NCBI RefSeq assembly: GCF_963921235.1
Contig: NC_086097.1
Span: 145,578,001 to 145,642,000, forward strand
Source: Mobula hypostoma
Taxonomy: Eukaryota
Length of the DNA: 64,000 nt
Reading direction: 5' to 3'
The notes beneath the pieces were generated by a model. That model saw only the letters and a program-made list of their open reading frames with translations. It did not search any database and was not told the DNA's origin. Shown here piece by piece: positions 14,201-26,200 of the stretch. How positions within the stretch are numbered: the stretch's first letter is position 1; the number at the start of each line of letters is the position of its first letter. Made by a program: the position numbers and the translations under genes.

Positions 14201-17200
14201 AGGTTTTGCTCCAGGATTTCCCTGTATTTTGCTGCATTAATTTTACCCTCTATCTTCACAAGCCTTCCCGGGCCTGCTGCAGTGAAACGTCCCCTACAGC
14301 ATGAAGCAGTCACCACCATGTTTCACAGTAGGAATGGTGTGTCTTTGATGCTATGTGGTGTTTGGCTTTCACCAAATACGACATTTAGTCTGATGACTAA
14401 AAAGCTTAATTTTGGTTTCATCAGAGCATAGAACCTTCTTCCAACTGACTTCGGTCTCCCACATGTTGTCTGACAAACTCTAGCTGAGATTTCATGTGAT
14501 TTTTTTTTCCCAACAGTGGCTTTCTTTGCCACTCTCCCATAAAGCTGCAACTGGTGAAGCATCCTGGGCAACAGTTGTTCTATGTGCAGCCTCTCCCATC
14601 TCATCCTCTGAAGCTTGAAACTATTTCGAGGTTGTCATCGCTCTCTTGGTGGCCTCCCTCACTATTTCCCTTCTTGCACAGTCACTCAGTGTTTGAGGGC
14701 GGCCTCATCCAGGCAGTTTTAGAGCTGTGTGATATTTTTTCCATTTCTTGATGATTGACTTAACTGTACTCCAAGGGATATTCAGTGACTTGGAAATTTT
14801 CTTGCACCTCCTGACTTGTGCTTTTCAATAACCTTATTGTGGAGTTGCTTGGCGTGTTCTTTTGCCTTCATGGTGTAGTTTTGCCAGGATAGTGACTCAC
14901 CAGCAGTTGGACCTTCCAGATACAGGTGATTTTTACTAAAATCAGATGAAATGCCTTGACTACACGCAGGTCTCCAAAAGCAGATCTCTGTATAACTAAT
15001 TAAGTGACTGCTAAAGCCAACTGGGCGCATCAGTGATGACTTGGTGTGTCATAGTAAAGGGGCTGAATACTTATGCAGTCAATTACTTTGTGTTTTATAT
15101 TTGTAATTAATTTGGATCACTTTGTAGAGCTCTGTTTTCACTTTGACATGAACAAGTCTTTTTTCTGTTGATCAGTGTCATAATAGCCAGATTAAATCCA
15201 CTGTGATTCAATGTTGCAAAACAATAAAACATGAAAACTTCCAAGGGCAGGGATGAATACTTTATATAGGCTCTGTACATGAAAGTATTGCATTTGGCAG
15301 TATAAGTAGAGATATAAAGTTCATCGAAAAACACTTAAAACTTGTACATGCCTTAACACTGTTAGCTTTATCCTCAAAGTTCCCCCTAATGCATCATTTA
15401 ACATTTCTTTCCTTAATTGCTTTTTGTCCCCTAGGATATTGAATGCTTGGCCAGTGATGGGATGTTGTTAGTCAGTTCCTGCCTCTCTGGACAGATCAGA
15501 GTGTGGGATGCACAAACTGGTGATTGTCTGACCATCATATCAAACTCAAGGTATTTATTAACTCAGAGTTCTACCATTAAATCTCAGGTTTCCATATGAA
15601 TCTTCTCACAATTAGGAAGTTTTGCACTTGGTACATTGCTGCAGACAAAGTAGGAGTATATAATTTGCCAAACAGAATTCCACACCATGATGCAACACTC
15701 AGAATGCTGGAGGAACTTAATGGGTCAGACAGAATCTATGGAGGGAAATGGACAGTTGACACTTTGGGTCAAGACCCTTAAGGACCTGAACTGCTGAGTT
15801 CCTCCAGCATTTTTTGTGTTGCTCCAGATTGCCAGCATCTGCAGTCTGTCTTGTGTGGCCACACCATGTCACCCCCCCCCCCCCACCAGAAAGCACTTTA
15901 CATCCAAGAGGTACAGAAAGTAGAATGATTTACAAGGGACATCCAACAGGAACTAAATGTTGTGAGCAAGTTTAGTAGGTCAGCAATTGTGTTTCTACAA
16001 GTAATAGAGTTCCTACAGAAACAAAATCTAGCTCCAAACTTATTAACGAACTGATTACAAGTTGATTAAGTTGGTTGAATTTGCTTTTATGTTTTTACAT
16101 GGTAATGATCATGGATTAGGTGCTTCTTCCAAAATACATTAGTATTTAATCATAGCACTATTACTTTGTAAGGGAGCATACCTTTTGTTTAATGTATGCA
16201 ATTATTGTTTTGTAAATAAAATATTTTGTTTATATATTACATATTTTAAAGCAACCACATTTCCATACAGAACAAAGGAACACGAGCATAAGAAATAGTA
16301 GCAGACAAATGTGACACAGTGATGCAGCTGGATCTGCTGTTTTCTGTGTAGAAATAGAGTTTGGGTTTTCCCTGTTGCTGAGTGCCCCCATCCTAAAGAC
16401 ATCCAGGTTGGTAGATTAATTGCCCGCTGCAAATTGCCCTTGGTGTGTAGGTGAATGTCCTTGAAGGATAATGGAAATGTGGCTTGACAATTAGTACAGA
16501 CACTGAAGGATTGAAGGGTCTGTTTCCATGCTGTGTGACTGGCAGATGCTACAACAGTGGTGTGGCCCATCGTTAGGATTAGGTGCCTCTTCCACCTTTC
16601 TGTTTTATTTTATTTATTTTATTCAGCAATACAGTGCAGTGTAGGCCCCTTGGCCCTACGAACTTTACCAGCCCAGCAACCCCTGACAACTCTGATTTAA
16701 TCTTAGCCTCATCACGAGACAATTTACAATGACTAATTAACCTACCTGGTATGTCTTTGGACTGTGGGAGGAATCTGGAGCACCCGTGGGAAACCCACAC
16801 ATTCTGTGAGGAGGACAGACAAACTTCTTACAGAGGACGCTGGAATTGAACTCTAAATTCTAACATCTCAAGCTGTAATAGCATCAGGCTAACCATTACG
16901 CTACAGTGGCACCTCATTCCTATATTCTGTGAGTGCACAAAAATCTTATTGATCTCAATTTTGAATATTCTCGATAACCAAGCACCCATAACCCTCAGAT
17001 TTCCAAGCCTCTACTTAAAGAAAATCTCCTCATTACTATCCTAAGAGACCAGTGTTTAAGCTTTATATGATGTTCCCTGAATCTGGACTTTCCAGCTTTA
17101 GAAAACAACTTCTTAAGATATACCTTTATCAATCCCTCTCAAAATCTACCTGCCTGCTATCTCTCCTCAGTCCACCGTCATCTCAGAATAATCTTTCCTC

Positions 17201-20200
17201 TCTATTCCTATTCTCCTCCTAACCTCACCACCTCTCCTCATCTCACCTCTCCACACTCAGTCCTGATGCAGGGTTTCAACCCAAGCATTAACAGTTGCTT
17301 TCCTACCAGAAATGTTGCCTAAATACTGAGTTCTTCTAGCAGTTTGTTTGTTGCTTCAGATTTCAGCATCTTGTGTCTCCTCTCAAAATCTTGTCTGTTT
17401 TAATGAGCTCTTCTCTCATTATTCTGCAATCCACTAACTAATGGTCAATCTTATTCAATCACCTCAGAGGATAAACGCTTCATCTCAGGAATCCACTGAA
17501 TCTGCACTGTACTGACTTCAAAGCAAGTAGGTTCTCTGGACCAAGATAGCCACTCTACTTCAAAACATTAGGATTGTGGAAGTATTCTGAATGTGAAATC
17601 TGTTTCCTGCTTCAGAACTACAGAGTTATGAATTCCAGGCAAAGTGGAAAATACTTTAAAGTTTATCTTTTTCTATTATATATTTATAGGCAATGGAAGG
17701 ATAGCAACATTTTCCATGAGCGACAAGAAAGCCGGGAATATATATCAGATCCTGAAAATGGAGAAGACGATGTATACGAAAATGATTACAATTTCCCGAG
17801 GAAACTGACTCCTACTCAACCCCTTTTCACTGATCAGCCAGATTTATCCAGTTTGATAGACACCAACTTTGCAGAAAAGTCTGCAGTTCCAAGGCAGCGA
17901 ATTATTTCTGAAATTTCACGAGAAACTGGCTATGACTTTGGTCAAACTTATGATAAAGCATATGAGGATCATAAAATACTGAATGTGCAGAACTTGAGGA
18001 GTTTTCCATCCCACCCACCAACTTTGAAGTCTTCTCAAACATCAGTGAGTCTAAAGTCACAGGGTTGGGATGGCTACTGCAACCACAGGAGGAGGAGTTT
18101 AGGAGATGAGCCATTCCCTATGTATGAGAAAACCTCACCTCTTCCTATGTGGGACGGAGACTGTGAAAGCTCTGTTTGGAGTTTAGGCATACAGGGTAAT
18201 CTGATTGCAACAGGAAGAAGTAATGGGCAACTTGAGGTAAAAATTCTATTTCTAACTTTTGAAGAATTGATAAATTGAAGCTTTAATTATCTTTGGAAAT
18301 TCTTCCAAGAAATATTGAAAAGAAGAAATTGAAGAGGCTTTTCCTTAAATATAATTTAGTAGATCTCAACTAAATACATGGTAGCATCCAATTGGATCAT
18401 CATTTATCCAACTAGTTCTATTGAAATCCACTCTAACTCTAAATACAGCTTGCAGCTATCCTTGAATGATTCCGAGATTTTTGTGCCACTGTTGCTGGTT
18501 AGAGGTAGGAGTCTGACTTGACGTCATTAGAAGTAGTTTGATTGGTTTCAGTATTTTCTGAATTTTGATTCTGTGCTTAACAATGGTTTCCTTGGTCTGT
18601 ACAGCACAAGCAAGGTAAGTTGTTAAAAGAGAATGACTTGAAAATGTCGAAATACTGTTAAATAGCTTACTGTTTTGCCTTGAAACATAATGGGTGAGAT
18701 ATAAAACTGTGTCCAATGTCAGTGGAACTCTTTCCTTAATAGTAGTTCTGAACCCCTCAGAAAAGGGAGAAGAATGGAGAGAAAAATGCTGTAAGCTTTT
18801 CTTAGTATTAAAGTTATATTGTATAAATTATAACTTATCTTAATACCTGAACCTAATTGGTTTATTTCAGGTGTGGAATGCTACAGATGGAACACTACGT
18901 TGCAGTAATGAAGACGGTTCATCAGGGATAACAGCATTGGCATTTATCACAAACAGGTGACAATTGGATATATGTCATGGATGTACCCCATGAATCCTCA
19001 GATAACATCTTGAATTTGAAGTTAATTGCCAAATCCTTTCTTTGGTTTAGGCTCATTCTGTTTCATAGAACACTGTGCATTCTGGTATTTTGTGATATTT
19101 TCATGACCTCTGTTAATAATGTAAAAAATGTACTTTGAATGAGGCATGGTAGTTTGACTGAAACATGTTTTACACTTGACTTCAGATTTAATGTTTTCTC
19201 AACCTATGTATGAGCCACCCACCTTAGAAAGAGATGTGACAATGGCTGAACTGGGTTGAACAAAGTTCACTGTGACTAAACTTAAAAGTTTTATATTATA
19301 GGGAGATGAGCATAAAGTTCTGATGGATTTAGCAGAATAGTTTTGTCAATAGATGATAAACTGGATGCAGTATTAATGATTAATTTAATTGAAAGTCCTG
19401 ATCCTGCACCCAGTTTTAACCTATTTGCCTTCCAAGGCATATTTTATGGATTCCCATCACTTCTTTCCACACGAACAAGTATTTTTTTGTATGATAGTTA
19501 GCCACAGTTTTTTTTTGTATTATCAAAGTACTTAAGAATTATTTCATATTCTTTACAAATAGTAGTTTTGTAACATCAGCTATGATTTTGCATCTAATAA
19601 AGGAATGTGGAGTGCGAAAGATAAAATTTATCGTTAAGTTGATTGGGTCAGTTTGGAAATTCAGTATACATTTGTTTTTGCCACACCAAAACATGGAAAT
19701 TGTCTTATATCTGTTCTCAACAAAGTAATTCCCCTTTCTCTTACAGAATTGTTACAGCAAGATTGAATGGTTCATTAGATTTCTATTGTTTAGACACCAA
19801 TAAGACTTTTAATCAGCTACAGTACCGAGGTAGGGCAATTTTAAATTGTTATTTTCCTTCTGTTTCTGACATTACTTTTCATTTTCCATTTTTAACTATA
19901 AGTTAGGAGCCTGTTAACTAATCCTAAACCTGATGGCCCATGAAAAACCACAAAGTAGGTGTGGGATTAGCTTGAATACTCCTCATAAAAAAAGCTGGAG
20001 CTGCCATAAGTGGTTGCCTTCTTTGTTGTACTGTTCTGTGACTAGTATATGATCAACAAATGAATAAAACAGCCCAACTGTTCCAACTTTACTGATTACT
20101 TACAAAAGCTCATTGATATGTGTGATATTTACAAAATTATTATCCTTAAGTTCATGTCCTCCGAAGCATTTCTAATGTCTGTGTTATAAATAATCAGCAC

Positions 20201-23200
20201 AAAACCTGTAGTCAGCAATGAAATGAATGCTGAAATCATCTCAGTTTCCCACTGAGCACTCTTTCTGTAATGACCTTATTCTTCTGTATGTTGTTCCACT
20301 TCGTACTCCTTCATCAGCGGCAGAACAACTGTTTGTGTGAAGTCCATTATCTTTGCATTTCTTAAAATCTGAACGTTACTTTTTTAGATGTGCCTTCAGT
20401 CACTGCTTTTAATGTTACTGGCAAAAAGCTGCTAGATTTTTCAAGCTACCTGTTTGTAAACTAATTTGAGCCATTTCTCTGTGTTAAAGAGTATAAAGTA
20501 TAAATATAATTGTATATATATAAAGTATATACAAATTGATAAATTGTTTTTTTATTCCACATTTGGATCACTAACTCCTTTTCTGTTCAGGAACACCCAA
20601 CAGGTCTAGCATCCCCTCATCGTCAGTTTTTAGCAGTAATGATGTCATAGTTTGTCAGCTGACCCACATGGTTCATTGTGCACATCAAAAGCCTATTACA
20701 GTACTGAAAGCAGCTGCTGGCCGTGTAGTAACTGGTAGTCAAGATCACACACTCAGAGTGAGTATAATTCAACTACTTTTAAGTGACAATGGTTTTGTGT
20801 TTGGTAAGAATATCAGCTCTGGATAAAATTTTCATACCATTGAAGGACCAGATTCATAATTTGGGCTGGCACTACTCATCAGCAGAGTATATCCATTCTA
20901 TGGGTTGCGTCATGCTGTCAATGACACTGCTGTTCTACCACTTCAAGACAATTGAGCTGGCACACTGGGAGAATGAGAGCAAACAATCCAAAACTTCGTC
21001 TTCATTCAATCATCTTTTGTGATATAATTGACAAAAACAGTCACAAAGCAAAGGCACTCTGCCAACTGCCACTGACATTAAACCTCTATGCTGAGGTCTT
21101 TGCAAACCTGGACCACTTCTAGGAGGCCACCTTTCAGCAAAGGCAGAAATCTGTGATGAAATTTGCCACCACATCCAGTGTGCCCTTTTTAAAGTGAGGT
21201 GCTGCCTGAGCTGCTTAATAGTTCCAGCATTTTCTGTTCTCATCGTTAGATTTCAAATCGATCTCAGTAATCATCGCAGATCTGGACTGGAAACAAGTCA
21301 TCCTCAAACAGGAGGGTCTGTCTAAGGAGAATATAATTGAAATAAAAGCAAAGCTCAGCAGCATTGTCATTGAACACAGACAAATGGGATTAGTGTAGAT
21401 GGGTACCTTGATCAGCATGGCTGAAGTTTTCATTCTGTATAACTATTGATCTAAAACTAAAGTTAATGTTTGGATGTCAGTGTTTATAGTGGAAACCTTC
21501 AGAAATTATTCCTATAATTCCTATCTTATATAGTGATTTACTGAAACATTCTTCTTCATTCTAGAGGGAAGTGCATTTCTTCACCTCTTTTCATAAATTC
21601 TTGTCACAAAGAAAATGTTTTTTATCCATTATGTTCTCAATGGGAAACTATTGAGAAGTGAGCATAAAGTTTGTTATGTGAGGCTGAACTTTCCTGCTCA
21701 ATCTTGACTGAGACCCAGAGAAAAACATCATTTGACTAGTCTATTGATTAGGGATATAATATTCACACATTTAATGTTAACATTATTTTGCTGCTAGGAT
21801 CCACAGTACTTGCTGTTTGCCTAGGGAGGTCTGAAATAAATGTAGACTCCATGTAACTGAGGTGGCTTCAACCTCCACACTTCTAGAAAATGCAGTTCCT
21901 TATCAAATATGAAATAGACAAGTTGGTAATATTAGGATGCAGTTCCTTTCATTAATAGAACCTTGATGTCCCTGCCCATTATCAATTCTCCCTTATAACC
22001 AAATATTAGAATCATAGAAATATACTGTAGAGCATAGAAATGGGCCTTTTTCACCCACCATGATATCTATCTACACAAATCTCATATGCCGTTTTAGGCT
22101 GTAGCTCTCCACACCTTTGCTATCTAAGTAATTGTCCAAATGCCTTTTAAATTGGAAAACTGTAATTGTATCTCCCTCCACCTACTTCCTCAGGCAGTTT
22201 GTTCCAGATATTCACCATCCTCTTTGTGAGGAAACTTAACCCTCAGATTTCCTTCAAATTTCTCCCCTCTCACTTTATACTTATTTTCTGTAGTTCTAGA
22301 CTCCCTCTGCCCTGGGAAGAAGATTCTGACTATCTATCCTATCCTGTGCCCCTCATAATTCTACAAACTTTTATAAGGTCACCTCTCAGCCTTCTACATT
22401 CTAGTGAAAGTAAACCTAGTCAATCCGATCTCTCCTGATAATTACACGTTCAATTCAGGCATCTTCCTGATGAATCTCTTGTGCTTTCACTCTTCCTGTA
22501 GTTTGGTGACCAGAACAATATACTCGGTGGTTTAACCCATGTATTGAACAGTTGCACAATGACATGCCAAGTCCTGTTCTCGATATCTTGGCCTACAAAG
22601 CAGGTGTTAGGGGAGGATGCCAAATGCCTTTTTCACTACTTCATTGGCTTGTTTCTTCTTTTTCAAGGAGCAGTGAACTTGCAGCAATAAATCACTCCGT
22701 TGGAAGTTGAAGCCACCTCAGTCCTATAGTCTCCACTTTTCCAGGCATCAGAGGTCCCTGCCATTTACTTTATATGTTCCACCAGAACCTGACCTCCTAA
22801 AATGTATTATCTGTCTCGTATGGATTAAATTCCATCTACCCTGTCCACCCCACTTAGCGGTGCAGTTTAATTGCATAGTATGATTCCATACTCATTTTCA
22901 GTTTTGAATTAAGTCACTTGAAAGAGTAGTTGTACTGGGCTATTATTGATCTTCTCTTCCTCTTACAGATATATCGGCTTGAGGACTCCTGTTGCCTTTA
23001 TACATTGCAGGGTCACTCAGGAGGGATCACTGCAGTTTATATAGACCAGGTAACACTGAAGGGAAAAAAATGTTTTTCTGGGAAGCAACAATAGTATTGA
23101 CAGTATAATCATTTGTAGCATTTTGTGTTAAACTTTACACTAACTTTAAGATAAATTGCTACAATTCCTGCAAGTCTGCATGTTAATGCATTAATTTTCT

Positions 23201-26200
23201 GGCAAAACCTTTGCTTTCATAGGAACATAGAAAATAGGTGCAGGAGTAGGCCATTCAGCCCTTCGAGCCTGTACCACCATTCAGTATGATCATGGCTGAT
23301 CATCTAACTCAGAACCCTGTACCTGCCTTCTCTCCCCTTTAGCCACAAGGGCCATATCTAACTCCCTCTTAAATATAGCCAATGAACTGGCCTCAACTGT
23401 TTCCTGTGGCAGAGAATTCCACAGATTCACCACTCTCTGTGTGAAGAAGTTTTTCCTCATCTCGGTCCTGAAAGACTTCCCCTTTATCCTTAATCTGTGA
23501 CCCCTCGTTCTGGACTTCCCCAACATCGGGAACAATCTTCCTGCATCTAGCCTGTCCAATCCCTTTAGGATTTTATACGTTTCAATAAGATCCCCCCTCA
23601 ATCTTCTAAATTCCAGCGAGTACAAGCCTAGTTGATCCAGCCTTTCATCATATGAAAGTCCTGCCATCCCAGGACTTCACTTGTATTGAAAACCTGTTTC
23701 TTGTCTTTGAGTGAAGTGATAATATGCTTAATGCATAAAATTAAGTTGATGCTTTTGTCTTCCGAAGGAGATTCAAATAAAGCACTATCATTTATTCATA
23801 TGTCGATGCAGTGATTTTTAATGTTATTTACTGACCTAAAAATTTCATAAATTTGATTTGTTCAAATGTTGCTCTTAAGGCAAAAATGACAATACTTGAT
23901 AAGTCTCATAATGATTATAAAGTACTGTAGGACATTTTGTGAAATAAAGCTTTGTTTTTCCTTTCTATGTGCTTATGGTTATTTAAATTATGCACATGTA
24001 TTGAATTGCAATGTGTTGGCATGACTAAGTTGCCATTCAAAAAAAAAGTTGACCTCTTCCTGGGCTTTGTCAGTGAGTGCTGATAACCAGAGATAACTGA
24101 GCTCCGGTTGTGGCATTCTCTTGCTGAGCAGACTATCTTTCTCACAGAAAAATACTGTATGATCAAATTTTGCCCAGTGCATGAAATGGTTAGTTCATTG
24201 CAGTGGTAGGAACATTTTTGTTAAGGATCCGTGCTATTAGCCAGAATGCCATCATCTTCAACAAAATATGATAGTCCTTTGCTGGAGTCATAGAGTAAGT
24301 GTTTTGTAAATACTGTAAGAAGGTGTTATCAGCAGCTTTGTTGTGACCAGGAATGGAATTAGCAACTGTAAGGAAACAAAAAAAATGAAACAAGATGGTA
24401 ATGATGGTAAATTTTCTTCTAAAAAAAATGGCTAGCAAAATTTAAGTTATGGAAGTTTCCTTTTTTCATGTAACTTACATAATAACCATATATATACTAA
24501 TAATATAAAGCAGTTAGCAACTGCCATTATTTGTACTATCTTCAAGATTAAGAATACTATCTCAAGTTTGTTTTTCTTGTTTGTGCTGTCTAATCATATG
24601 TTCTATGTCATGTGTTTTGAATGAATCATGATGAGCATGCCAAGCAGAAGGATGGTCAGTCACCTCTCAGCTTTATAACTTGTACAGTTACAATTCTTGA
24701 AATGTATTCTTTCTCTCTTCAGACAATGACACTGGCTAGTGGAGGCCAAGATGGGGCTATTTGTCTCTGGGATGTATTAACCGGAAGTCGACTAAGTCAC
24801 ATGCATGGTCATCGTGGTGATGTTGTTTCTCTCATTTGTACCTCAAGTTGTGTGATCAGTGGTGGATTAGATGACATCATCTGTATATGGGATCGCAGCA
24901 CTGGTATCAAACTCTACTCCATTCAGCAAGTAGGTGTTGATGTTTTTGTTCCATTTTATGACTGTTTTAGTGTTGTCTGGACAATCTTTAAACAAAATTA
25001 AATGTAAATGCTAATTCAAAGCAATAATGTTCATTAAGCAGAATAATATAACAGATGTAATGGTCTGGTCTTTATCTAAATAACTTAATCGCCATGCTTA
25101 AGGAAACTTGCTCTCTCCCTAGCTATACCCTTTTAATATATTTACAACATCTTAAAATTCTTTATCTTATCTGCCAGGGTCCCTCATAGGCCCTTTTTCC
25201 CCTCTCTGAATTTCTTGAATTGAATTGACTTTATTTCTTACATCCTTCACATAAATGAGGAGTAAAAATCTTTATGTTACATCTCCATCTAAATGTGCCA
25301 TGTGCAGTCATAGTAATTTATAATGAATAGATCAGTCAATGTAATATAGAGTACACTCAAATCAGCGTGAGTTCATCAGTCTGATGGCCTGGTAGAATAA
25401 GCTGTCCTGAAGCCTGTTGGTCCTGGCTTTTATGCTGCGGTACCACTTCCCGGATGGTAGCAACTGGAATAGATTGTGGTTGGGATGACTTGGGTCCCTA
25501 GTGATCCTATGGACCCTTTTACACACCTGTCCTTGTAAATGTCCTGAATCATGGGAAGTTCACAACTACAGATGCGCTGGGCTATCCACAGCACTCTCTG
25601 TGGAGTCTTGTGATTAAGGGAGGTACAGTTCCCATACCAGGCAGTGATGCAGTCAGTCAGGGTGTTCTCAATTGTGCCCCTGTAGAAAGTTCTTACGATT
25701 TGGGGCCCATACCAAACTTCCTCAACCGTCTGAGGTGAAAGAGGTGCTGTTGTGCCTTTTTCGCCACACAGCTGATGTGTACAGACCACATGATGTCGAT
25801 ACTGAGGAACTTGAAGCTGTTCACCCTCTCAACCCCAGATCCATTGATGTCAATTGGGGTTAGCCCATCTCCATTCCTCCTGTAACCCACAACCAGCTCC
25901 TTTGTTTTTTTGTGACATTGAGGGAGAGGTTGTTTTCTTGACACCACTGTGTCAGAGAGATGACTACATTCCTTGTAATTCTCGAAGGATTTGTCTGATC
26001 CCATCTCCCTGAACCTGATATATCTGAGAAAAGATGTGCTGGCATTGGAAATAGTCCAGAGGAAGTTTAGAAGAATGATTCTGGAAATGAAAAGGTTAAT
26101 ATATGAGGAGCAGTTGATGGCTCTGGGTTGGTACTTGCTGGAGTTTAGAACAGTGAGAGGGGGTGTTCTCATTGAAGCCTATCAAATATTGAAGGCCTAG

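Noticed and set aside
17574..18278. 234-aa ORF as an independent gene
   Set aside because: It is SCAP exon 17690..18236 plus in-frame intron sequence.
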